Source of the DNA: Mycolicibacterium smegmatis
GTDB taxonomy: Bacteria > Actinomycetota > Actinomycetes > Mycobacteriales > Mycobacteriaceae
Direction: 5' to 3'
Assembly: GCF_001457595.1 (NCBI RefSeq)
Contig: NZ_LN831039.1
Location: 6,180,001-6,212,000 of the forward strand
DNA: 32,000 nucleotides
Below, one piece after another: positions 18,721 through 25,835 of the stretch. The translations under genes and the position numbers were made by a program. Below the pieces are notes generated by a model, which saw only the letters and a list, made by a program, of their open reading frames with translations, did not search any database and was not told where the DNA came from. Each line of letters opens with the position of its first letter. Within the stretch, counting starts at the first letter, position 1.

Positions 18721-19925
18721 CTGCGCGAGCGCTCCACACGTATCACGGCGATGTCATCGGAGAGGCCGCCGTGCGTCTGCGCACGTGACTCGGCCTCGTT
18801 GATCAGCGAGGTGACGAAGTCCCGCCCGGGCGTCGCGGCGAGCGCGCGGGCGACGGCGAGCAGGCCGCTCTCCCCCAGCCGCTCGTCACCACGTCCGGCG
18901 TGGCCCTCGAACAGTCCGTCGGTCAACAGCAGCAACCCGTGGCCCTCCGGTAGCTCGTAGTGGTTCACGGGCCACTCCCTGGCGCCCAGCCCCAGCGCGG
19001 CGCCGGGCCGCGGCTCGAGCCAGTCGACGGTGCCGTTGCCGTGCACCAGCAGGCCGGGGTGACCCGCACGCACCACCGTGAAGCGTCCGCTGTCGGGTTC
19101 CAGTGCCACGCTGCACAGCGTGGCGAAGATGCCCTTGCCGGGACGCTCGGTGGTCAGGATCCGGTCGAGCTGGCGCATGCGTTCGTTACCGCGCAGCCCT
19201 GCGAAGGTCAGCGCGCGCCACCCGATTCGCAGGGCAACGCCGAGCGCGGCCTCATCAGGTCCGTGACCTGCGACGTCACCGATCATCACGTGGACGGTGC
19301 GGTCGGGCGTCTGCACGACGTCGTAGAAGTCGCCGCCGATCAGGGCGTGCTGGCGGCTGGGCCGCGCCTCGACGACGATGTCGACGCCCGAACCCTCCAT
19401 GAGCAGCGGGGACGGCAGGAGCCCGCGCTCCAGGCGCGCGTTCTCCTGAGCCCTCAGCTGGCTGGCGTGCAGGTCGACCGAGGTGAGCTCGGCGCGTTTG
19501 CGTTCGATGGCGTAGAGGACCGCGCGGCGCAGCATCTCCGGTTCGACACGGCCTTTGACCAGGTAGTCCTGCGCACCCGAGGCCACCGCGGAAACGCCGA
19601 AGTGCTCGTCGTTGAGGCCTGTGAGCACGATGATCGGGATCCGCGCGTCCAGCTTGCCGAGGTGATGAAGCGCGTCGATCCCTGCCGCATCGGGAAGATT
19701 GAGGTCGAGCAGGACACAGTCGGGGCGGTGGTCGGCCAGCGTCCGCTCGGCGTCGGACATCGATTTCGCCCACACGAAGTCGATGTCGGGAGCATCGGCG
19801 ATCAGTTCTTCGACCAGGATGGCATCGGCACGGTCGTCTTCGACCAGCAGCAGGGAGAGGCGCCGCTGGCCCGGACCAGTTAGGTCAACGGGCGACGCAA
19901 TGACTCGGTCAAATGGCGCGCGCAT
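18717..19925 (-). CDS. response-regulator receiver fused to PP2C (SpoIIE/RsbU-type) serine phosphatase
   Basis: The REC domain (LLLVEDDRADAILV, PDCVLLDLNLPD, IPIIVLTG, DYLVKG) is followed by PP2C motifs GGDFYDV, IGDVAGHG, LLTDGLFE and DDIAVIRV. The stop forms an ATGA overlap with the kinase start (18717-18720). It is trimmed to ATG 19925, giving 402 aa. Confidence 0.85.
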   Translation of the reverse strand: MRAPFDRVIASPVDLTGPGQRRLSLLLVEDDRADAILVEELIADAPDIDFVWAKSMSDAERTLADHRPDCVLLDLNLPDAAGIDALHHLGKLDARIPIIVLTGLNDEHFGVSAVASGAQDYLVKGRVEPEMLRRAVLYAIERKRAELTSVDLHASQLRAQENARLERGLLPSPLLMEGSGVDIVVEARPSRQHALIGGDFYDVVQTPDRTVHVMIGDVAGHGPDEAALGVALRIGWRALTFAGLRGNERMRQLDRILTTERPGKGIFATLCSVALEPDSGRFTVVRAGHPGLLVHGNGTVDWLEPRPGAALGLGAREWPVNHYELPEGHGLLLLTDGLFEGHAGRGDERLGESGLLAVARALAATPGRDFVTSLINEAESRAQTHGGLSDDIAVIRVERSRR

Positions 19926-20104
19926 GGGAAAAACACGTCCTTCACAACGATGGCCACCCTGGTCGCGCTGACCCTCTGCTTTAGTGACAACACTCCTGAC
20001 AATACCCAGTGAACGCGTATTACCGACAATTCGCGGAGAACACCGCATGTAACGTTCTGACTTCTGGCAGTCCGACGTGTGGACTGCAAACGCGCTTGCG
20101 GCGC

Positions 20105-20134
20105 AGGCAGAAATTGCTGACACGGCCCTGTCAG
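20105..20134 (-). terminator. candidate intrinsic terminator after the KGSADH-kdgD-glucD2 operon
   Basis: On the minus-strand RNA there is a perfect 6-bp stem, CUGACA-GGGCCG-UGUCAG (20134-20117). It is followed by CAAUUUCU, 22 nt downstream of the stop at 20156. The U-tract is short. Confidence 0.4.
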
Positions 20135-20155
20135 GCCGCTTCTACCTGCCCAGTG

Positions 20156-21427
20156 CTACCAACGCGGTCCCGACGCGTTGAAACCAGGATCGATGCTGCG
20201 CATGTACCCGGTGTCATCGCGGTCGCGGATTCCGCAGCGCAGATACTGCTCGTGCAGTGCGGCCAGAGCGTCCTCGTCGATCTCGACGCCGAGTCCGGGC
20301 GTCGCGGGAACCTGCACCTCGCCGTCACAAAAGTTCAGGGCGCCGGGTGCGACGACGTCTTCGTGGCGCCACGGCCAGTGCGTGTCGCACGCATAGGTCA
20401 GGTTGGGTGTTGCGGCGGCCAGATGCACCATGGCGGCCAGGCTGATCCCCAGGTGCGAGTTCGAATGCATGGAAAGCCCGAGCCCGAACGTGTCGCAGAT
20501 ACCGGCCAGCAGGCGTGAACGCTGCAGCCCGCCCCAGTAGTGGTGATCGGACAGCACCACCTGCACCGAGTTCTTGGCGACCGCCGCGGGCAGTTGGTCA
20601 AACGCGACGACGCACATGTTGGTCGCGAGCGGCATCGGTGCCTGCGCGGCCACCTCGGCCATCCCGTCGAGGCCCGGTGTGGGGTCTTCCAGGTACTCCA
20701 AAACCCCCTCGAGGCCCGCGGCGACCTTGACCGAGGTCTGCGGTGTCCACGCGGCGTTGGGGTCCAGACGCAGCGGATGGTCGGGGAACGCGGCGCGCAG
20801 CGCCTCGACGGCCGCCATCTCTTCCTCGGGTGCGAACACGCCGCCCTTGAGTTTGATTGCGCTGAAACCGTATTCATCGATCATGCGGCGCGCCTGCGCG
20901 ACGATGCCGTCGGGGTCCAGTGCGGCGCCCCAGCCGTCGGGTTCGGCGCCGGGATGCGCGGCCCACTTGTAGAACAGGTAGGCACTGAACGGCACGGCGT
21001 CGCGCACCGCGCCGCCGAGCAGGTCCGACACCGGCCTGCCGGTCACCTGCCCCTGCACGTCAAGACAGGCCACCTCGAACGGCGAGAACACCCGGTCGAC
21101 GACGCTGGCCGAGGTGATCATGCCGGCCAGACCGGATCCGTCCCCGGTGCGGTCACCGCCGAGTGCGTCCGAGATGAGTGCCCGGATCACGTTGGTGGAG
21201 AACACACTCCGGCCGACGATCGCGTGCGCCGCAGCCTGCAATCGCTCCAGGTGGACGGTGTCGGCGTAGGTCTCGCCCAGACCCGTCAGACCCGCGTCGG
21301 TGTCGAGTTGGATGACGGCGCGCAGCGCGTACGGCTGATGCACGCCGACCGTGTTGAGCAGCGGCGGATCCGCGAATGCCACGGGTGTGACGCGGGCGCC
21401 GGTGATGCGGATCCGGTTGTGCGCCAT
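20156..21427 (-). CDS. glucarate-dehydratase-family enolase-superfamily enzyme (second, divergent paralog; glucarate/galactarate dehydratase candidate)
   Basis: The GlucD catalytic pattern is retained: KLKGG, LDPNAAW, LEDP, ATNM, SDHHYW, HSNSH. The N-terminal half differs from canonical GudD. The ATG at 21427 has the SD GGAGAA. 423 aa. Confidence 0.8.
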   Translation of the reverse strand: MAHNRIRITGARVTPVAFADPPLLNTVGVHQPYALRAVIQLDTDAGLTGLGETYADTVHLERLQAAAHAIVGRSVFSTNVIRALISDALGGDRTGDGSGLAGMITSASVVDRVFSPFEVACLDVQGQVTGRPVSDLLGGAVRDAVPFSAYLFYKWAAHPGAEPDGWGAALDPDGIVAQARRMIDEYGFSAIKLKGGVFAPEEEMAAVEALRAAFPDHPLRLDPNAAWTPQTSVKVAAGLEGVLEYLEDPTPGLDGMAEVAAQAPMPLATNMCVVAFDQLPAAVAKNSVQVVLSDHHYWGGLQRSRLLAGICDTFGLGLSMHSNSHLGISLAAMVHLAAATPNLTYACDTHWPWRHEDVVAPGALNFCDGEVQVPATPGLGVEIDEDALAALHEQYLRCGIRDRDDTGYMRSIDPGFNASGPRW

Positions 21428-21437
21428 CGGCGTTCTC

Positions 21438-22361
21438 CTAGTGCACGAGCGCGTCGGCGAGCACCGCACGTCCCGCCGAGAGGATGCGCTGCAATTCGTC
21501 CACGTCGTCGGGTGCGGCGTCGATCAGCGGCGGGCGCACCGGCCCGGCCTGCAGGCCACCGAGGGTGACGCCGGCCTTGATCAGCGACACCGCATAACCG
21601 GGCACCTTGTTGCGCAGGCGCACAAGTGGATGGAAGAAGGACCGCAGCAGCGCGGCGACCAGTGGTTCCTTCCCGTCCTCCAGCGCCCGGTAGAACGCGA
21701 GCGACACGTCGGGGGCGAAGGCGAACGTGGCCGACGAGTACAGCGTGACCCCGATGGCCCGGTAGGCCTGCTGCGAGACCTCCGCTGTCGGCAGGCCGTT
21801 GAAGAACTGGAACGGCTTACCCTCGTTCTCCAGCGCGTCGGTCACCGCACGCACGATGCGGGCTACCTGATCGAAATCGCCTGTGCCGTCCTTGAATCCG
21901 ACGACGTTGGGAAGCTTGGCGACCTCGATGGCCGAGCCCTCGGTGAACCGTGCGTTGTTGCGGTTGTAGACCACGAGCGGCAGATCGGTGACGGCGCTGA
22001 CCGCGCGTGTGTACCCGACGAGACCGGCCTGCGGCATCTCGACGAGATACGGCGGCAACAGCAGCAGGCCGTCGGCACCCGACTCGGCGGCGACCTGGGC
22101 GAACGCCTTGGCCGAGGCGACGGGGCCGCCCGCACCTGCGTACACCGGCACCCGGCCTGCGGCCGCGTCGACCGCGGTGCGTACCACGGTGCGCATCTCC
22201 TCGGGTTCGAGGGCGTGGAATTCGCCTGTGCCGCAACCGATGAAAACTCCACCGGGTCCCGCTTCGACGCCTCTGGCGACGTGCTGGGCGAGCAGGTCCA
22301 CATCCACGTCACCCGACGCGGTGAACGGGGTGACGGGGAAGAAGAGGACGCCGTCGAGCAT
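21438..22361 (-). CDS. kdgD: 5-dehydro-4-deoxyglucarate dehydratase (DHDPS/NAL family)
   Basis: MLDGVLFFPVTPF..., GCGTGEFHAL, LLLPPYL and VGFKDGTG (Schiff-base Lys) fit the KdgD subfamily pattern. The SD AGGAG lies before the ATG at 22361. Confidence 0.85.
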   Translation of the reverse strand: MLDGVLFFPVTPFTASGDVDVDLLAQHVARGVEAGPGGVFIGCGTGEFHALEPEEMRTVVRTAVDAAAGRVPVYAGAGGPVASAKAFAQVAAESGADGLLLLPPYLVEMPQAGLVGYTRAVSAVTDLPLVVYNRNNARFTEGSAIEVAKLPNVVGFKDGTGDFDQVARIVRAVTDALENEGKPFQFFNGLPTAEVSQQAYRAIGVTLYSSATFAFAPDVSLAFYRALEDGKEPLVAALLRSFFHPLVRLRNKVPGYAVSLIKAGVTLGGLQAGPVRPPLIDAAPDDVDELQRILSAGRAVLADALVH

Positions 22362-22391
22362 GTGTGACTCCTAGAGGTTCGTGCGGGGTGA

Positions 22392-23990
22392 TCAGTCTTT
22401 GGTGAGTTGGCCGTCGACGGTGCGCCACAACCCGTCGGGGTTGCCGTCCGCAATGGCACTGGGCAGCAGGGATTTCGGTGCGTTCTGGTAGCAGACCGGC
22501 CGCAGGAAGCGTTCGATGGCCCTGGCTCCCACGGAGGTGGTGCGCGAATCGGAGGTGGACGGGAACGGCCCGCCGTGCACCATTGCGTGGCCGACCTCGA
22601 CGCCGGTGGGCCAGCCGTTGAACAGGATGCGGCCCGCCTTCAGCTCGAGGATCTCCAGCAGTTCACCGGCCTTGGCGTGGTCGGATTCCTCGGCGTGGAC
22701 CGTGGCCGTCAACTGGCCTTCGACTTCTGCGGCGACGCGCAGCATCTCGGCGTCGTCGGCACACCGGACGATCACGCCGGAGGCGCCGAACACCTCGGCC
22801 TGCAAGGCCTCGGTGGCCAGGAACGTGGGTACGTCGCTGCCGAACAGCGCGGCACGGCACGACACCGCAGGGGCGTTCTCGTCGGATCCCCGCGCGATGA
22901 GTTCCGCTGTGCCGGAGAGGGTCTCGACTCCGGTGCGGAAGTTCTCGGCGATGCCGGGTGTCAACATGGGCGTGGGCGCCGTGGCCGCGACGGCCTCGGC
23001 GGCCGCCGCGACGAACGCGTCGAGGTCGGGACCGTCGACCGCGATGACCAGGCCGGGGTTGGTGCAGAACTGCCCGGAGCCCATGGTGAGTGAGCCGACG
23101 AACGCGCGGGCCAGATCGGCTGCGCGTGCGGACAGCGCACCGCGCAGCAGGAACACCGGGTTGATGGCGCTCATCTCGGCGTAGACGGGGATCGGTTCGG
23201 GACGTGCGGCCGCGGCGGCCACCAGCGCCATGCCGCCCGCGCGGGACCCGGTGAAGCCCACGGCCTTGATGCGCGGATCGGTGACCAGGGCGCTGCCCAG
23301 ATCCGGCCCGTACCCGTACAGCAGGGAGAACGTGCCCGCGGGCATCCCGGTGGCGGTGACGGCCTGCGTGATGGCGCGTCCGACGAGCTCTGAGGTGCCC
23401 GGGTGTGCGTCGTGCGCCTTGACCACGACGGGGCACCCGGCGGCCAGGGCCGACGCGGTGTCGCCACCGGCGACCGAGAACGCGAGCGGGAAATTGCTCG
23501 CCCCGAACACCGCGACCGGGCCGAGCGGCACGCTGCGCTGCCGGATGTCGGGCCGTGGCAACGGTTCCCGGTCGGGAAGAGCCGGGTCGATGCGGGCCTG
23601 GTTCCAGCTGCCCTCGCGCAGCACACCGGCGAACAGTCGCAGTTGGCCCGAGGTGCGCCCCACCTCACCGGTCAGCCGGGCGACCGGCAGGCCGCTCTCG
23701 GCGTGGGCGCGCTCGACGAGCACATCACGGCTCGAGTCGAGGTTGTCCGCGATGGCCTCGAGGAAGCGGGCGCGCTGTTCGACAGGGGCATTGCGGTAGG
23801 GGCCGAACGCATCGGCCGCGGCCGCGCACGCGGCCTCGACGTGCGAGGTGTCGCCGTAGGGGTACGCGGGTTCGAGGAACGATCCGGTCTGCGGATCGAT
23901 GCCGCGGATCTCCCGTCCCGCGCCGCGCACCGGCGTACCCGCGATCAACATCTGCCCGGTCAGGTCTGTTGTCTGCACCATGGATGTCAT
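22392..23990 (-). CDS. aldehyde dehydrogenase, 2,5-dioxovalerate (alpha-ketoglutarate semialdehyde) dehydrogenase type
   Basis: ALDH fold with the catalytic Cys in GSGQFCTNPG and the Glu in YAEMSAINP. The GASNFPLAFSVAGGDTASALAAGCPVVVKAH block is typical of the KGSADH subfamily. It is co-operonic with kdgD. Confidence 0.8.
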   Translation of the reverse strand: MTSMVQTTDLTGQMLIAGTPVRGAGREIRGIDPQTGSFLEPAYPYGDTSHVEAACAAAADAFGPYRNAPVEQRARFLEAIADNLDSSRDVLVERAHAESGLPVARLTGEVGRTSGQLRLFAGVLREGSWNQARIDPALPDREPLPRPDIRQRSVPLGPVAVFGASNFPLAFSVAGGDTASALAAGCPVVVKAHDAHPGTSELVGRAITQAVTATGMPAGTFSLLYGYGPDLGSALVTDPRIKAVGFTGSRAGGMALVAAAAARPEPIPVYAEMSAINPVFLLRGALSARAADLARAFVGSLTMGSGQFCTNPGLVIAVDGPDLDAFVAAAAEAVAATAPTPMLTPGIAENFRTGVETLSGTAELIARGSDENAPAVSCRAALFGSDVPTFLATEALQAEVFGASGVIVRCADDAEMLRVAAEVEGQLTATVHAEESDHAKAGELLEILELKAGRILFNGWPTGVEVGHAMVHGGPFPSTSDSRTTSVGARAIERFLRPVCYQNAPKSLLPSAIADGNPDGLWRTVDGQLTKD

Positions 23991-24097
23991 AGTGGCACCG
24001 TAAGACCGGCGATAAATGCTTGTCCAAGTTAAGTTTGCGGCTTACTGATGCACTATTTGAATCGGTACCGGAAGCAGCGGTGAGCGCCCGGACGCTG

Positions 24098-24134
24098 TCG
24101 CGAAAGGCGCGAGGACTCCCCCGATCCGGGAGTC
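24098..24134 (-). terminator. tandem hairpins at or after the stop of the 24133..24594 ORF (terminator-like, no U-tract)
   Basis: GACTCCC-ccgatcc-GGGAGTC (24114-24134, 7-bp stem, overlapping the stop codon), followed by TCGCG-aaagg-CGCGA (24098-24112). Immediately downstream is an AT-richer stretch (24001-24065) that probably holds the promoter of the KGSADH operon. Confidence 0.3.
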
Positions 24135-24594
24135 AGGAGGCGCGGCGGGCCTGGCCGCGCAACTCCAGGCGGTGCAACACGTCGGCGCCGAGCGCGTGCA
24201 GGTTCTGGTCGCCCGCCGGGATGAGGGTCACGCCCTCGGCGACCCCGGCCGAGGCGATGTCCTCGATCAGACCCGCGAGGCCGTCGGCCGTGCCGACGTA
24301 ACGGACCACCGCGTCGCCGGCGGGCACGTCGGCGGCCACCTCGAGGCGGCGCGCGGAGCGGAAGTCGTTCGCGACGGCGACGGTCACGTCGAGGATCACC
24401 GCCACGGTGTCGTCCTCGGCCTTGATGCGCGTCCGTTTACGTCGCGCCTGCGCCAGGTCCGACGCCGATATCCGGACCGTCGGGGCGGCGTCCTGCGCAC
24501 CGTCGGTCAGTTCACTCCAGGAATCGGCGTCCGCCACGAATAACCGCACGCCCGCCAGACTATGCCCGACTGGTACATCCGTGCAGGGTTGCAC
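24133..24594 (-). CDS. hypothetical protein resembling only the C-terminal ~140 aa of LLM-class (luciferase-like) flavin oxidoreductases
   Basis: Coding-like GC3 bias across most of the ORF. ILDVTVAVANDFRSARRLEVA...VRYVGTADGLAGLIEDIASAGVAEGVTLIP resembles LLM C-termini. There is no room for the N-terminal TIM-barrel part, because terC ends at 24639. GTG start; the true start is uncertain. Confidence 0.4.
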   Translation of the reverse strand: MQPCTDVPVGHSLAGVRLFVADADSWSELTDGAQDAAPTVRISASDLAQARRKRTRIKAEDDTVAVILDVTVAVANDFRSARRLEVAADVPAGDAVVRYVGTADGLAGLIEDIASAGVAEGVTLIPAGDQNLHALGADVLHRLELRGQARRAS

Positions 24595-24638
24595 TCACCG
24601 AGAATGTAAGGACCTGGTTACGAACTTCACCGCACCCG

Positions 24639-25607
24639 CTACTGGGCATCACGCACGCGGGTCTTGTACAGGCTCGCGGCCGTGGTGATCAGCAGCGTCA
24701 CGACGATCACGCCCAGGCTGGCCAGCGTCGGGATCTCGGGCACGTGTACAGGCTCACCGCCGTTGATGAACGGCAGCTCGTTCTCGTGCAACGCGTGCAG
24801 GATCAGCTTCACGCCGATGAACGCCAGGATGAACGCCAGCCCCTGCGACAGGTACACGAGCCGCTTGAGCAGGTCGCCCAGCAGGAAGTACAGCTGCCGC
24901 AGACCCATCAGCGCGAACACGTTGGCCGTGAACACCAGGTACGGCTCCTGCGTCAGGCCGTAGATCGCGGGAATCGAGTCAAGCGCGAACAACAGGTCGG
25001 TGGTGCCCAGGGCCACGATGACCAGGAACATCGGCGTGATCAGCCGTTTGCCGTTCTCCCGCACCCACAGGCGCAGCCCGTCCCATTTGTCGGTGGTGCG
25101 CAGGTGTTTGCGTGCGAAGCGCACCACCGCGTTGTCGCCGTCGTCGTCATGGTCGGTGTCACGGACCAGGTTGACCGCGGTGTACACCAGGAACGCGCCG
25201 AAGATGTAGAACACCCACGAGAACTGGTTGATGGCCACCGCGCCAAGCGCGATGAAGATGCCGCGGAAGATCAGCGCCAGGATGATGCCTACCAGCAGGG
25301 CCTGCTGCTGGTAGATCCTCGGCACCTTGAAGCTGGCCATGATGATCAAGAAGATGAACAGGTTGTCGACCGACAGGCTGTACTCGGTGAGCCATCCGGC
25401 GAAGAACTCGACGCCGTACCGGTGGCCGTGGAACAACCACGTCCACACTCCGAAGGCGATCGCGAGCCCGATGTAGATCGACAGGTACGTCGCCGTCTCG
25501 CGTCGCGTGGGTTCGTGTGGACGACGCCCGATGATCACCACGTCGAACAGCAGTACGGCGATCGTCACCGACAGGGTGATGATCCACTCGAGCTGGGTTA
25601 CGTGCAT
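24639..25607 (-). CDS. TerC-family integral membrane protein
   Basis: The signature TerC blocks are EYSLSVDNLFIFLIIM and ALGTTDLLFALDSIPAIYGLT. About 9 TM segments. The ATG at 25607 is preceded by the SD GGAGG. Confidence 0.9.
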   Translation of the reverse strand: MHVTQLEWIITLSVTIAVLLFDVVIIGRRPHEPTRRETATYLSIYIGLAIAFGVWTWLFHGHRYGVEFFAGWLTEYSLSVDNLFIFLIIMASFKVPRIYQQQALLVGIILALIFRGIFIALGAVAINQFSWVFYIFGAFLVYTAVNLVRDTDHDDDGDNAVVRFARKHLRTTDKWDGLRLWVRENGKRLITPMFLVIVALGTTDLLFALDSIPAIYGLTQEPYLVFTANVFALMGLRQLYFLLGDLLKRLVYLSQGLAFILAFIGVKLILHALHENELPFINGGEPVHVPEIPTLASLGVIVVTLLITTAASLYKTRVRDAQ

Positions 25608-25613
25608 CGATTA

Positions 25614-25740
25614 CCTCCGGTCGCCAAACAACGCCGGAGGTCTCTTCCACCGGGCCGAGACGGCCGGCCTGCGGCACCGATCGGTTCCATGGCGACCGAC
25701 GTGATGACGACACCGCAGCGAAGGAATACTCCCCTCCGCG
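25614..25740 (-). promoter_or_regulatory. candidate yybP-ykoY (Mn2+) riboswitch with SD-sequestering expression platform in the terC leader
   Basis: The minus-strand RNA reads ...GCGGAGGGGAGUAUU...(stems CUGCGG/CCGCAG and GGCCG-UCU-CGGCC)...GGAAGAGACCUCCGG.... It carries the conserved GGGGAGUA and AGAGACC blocks, closed by a P1 helix CGGAGG (25738-25733) / CCUCCG (25640-25635). The same CCUCCGG (25640-25634) can instead pair with CCGGAGG (25620-25614), which is the terC SD. Confidence 0.55.
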
Positions 25741-25823
25741 GACAAGTGTGCCTGATCGTGACCGTGATCCGAAATCGAACAGCCACGCCGCGTCGTCTCC
25801 GGCCCGCCCGGGCACGGGCTTAG

Positions 25824-25829
25824 TAGTTT
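25824..25829 (+). promoter_or_regulatory. possible -10 element (TAGTTT, TANNNT class) for a leaderless transcript starting at the GTG of the Pls-like gene
   Basis: TAGTTT ends 6 nt before GTG 25836. There is no purine-rich SD in the 20 nt upstream of the start codon. Confidence 0.3.
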
Positions 25830-25835
25830 GTATCC

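Noticed and set aside
20002-20007. GGGTAT (SigF-type -10 hexamer) on the minus strand about 77 nt upstream of the REC-PP2C gene, with another at 13670-13675 upstream of the second dehydrogenase
   Set aside because: Neither has a GTTT-like -35 at the required 15-17-nt spacing. By a rough base-composition estimate the hexamer should occur about ten times by chance in 32 kb on both strands. The autoregulatory idea is attractive but not supportable from sequence alone.
24020-24301. 93-aa plus-strand ORF starting in the AT-richer intergenic stretch upstream of the KGSADH operon
   Set aside because: Its composition is Arg/Ser/Pro-rich and it is antisense to the better-supported 24133..24594 ORF. 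It has no SD. The AT-richer stretch is more simply a promoter region.
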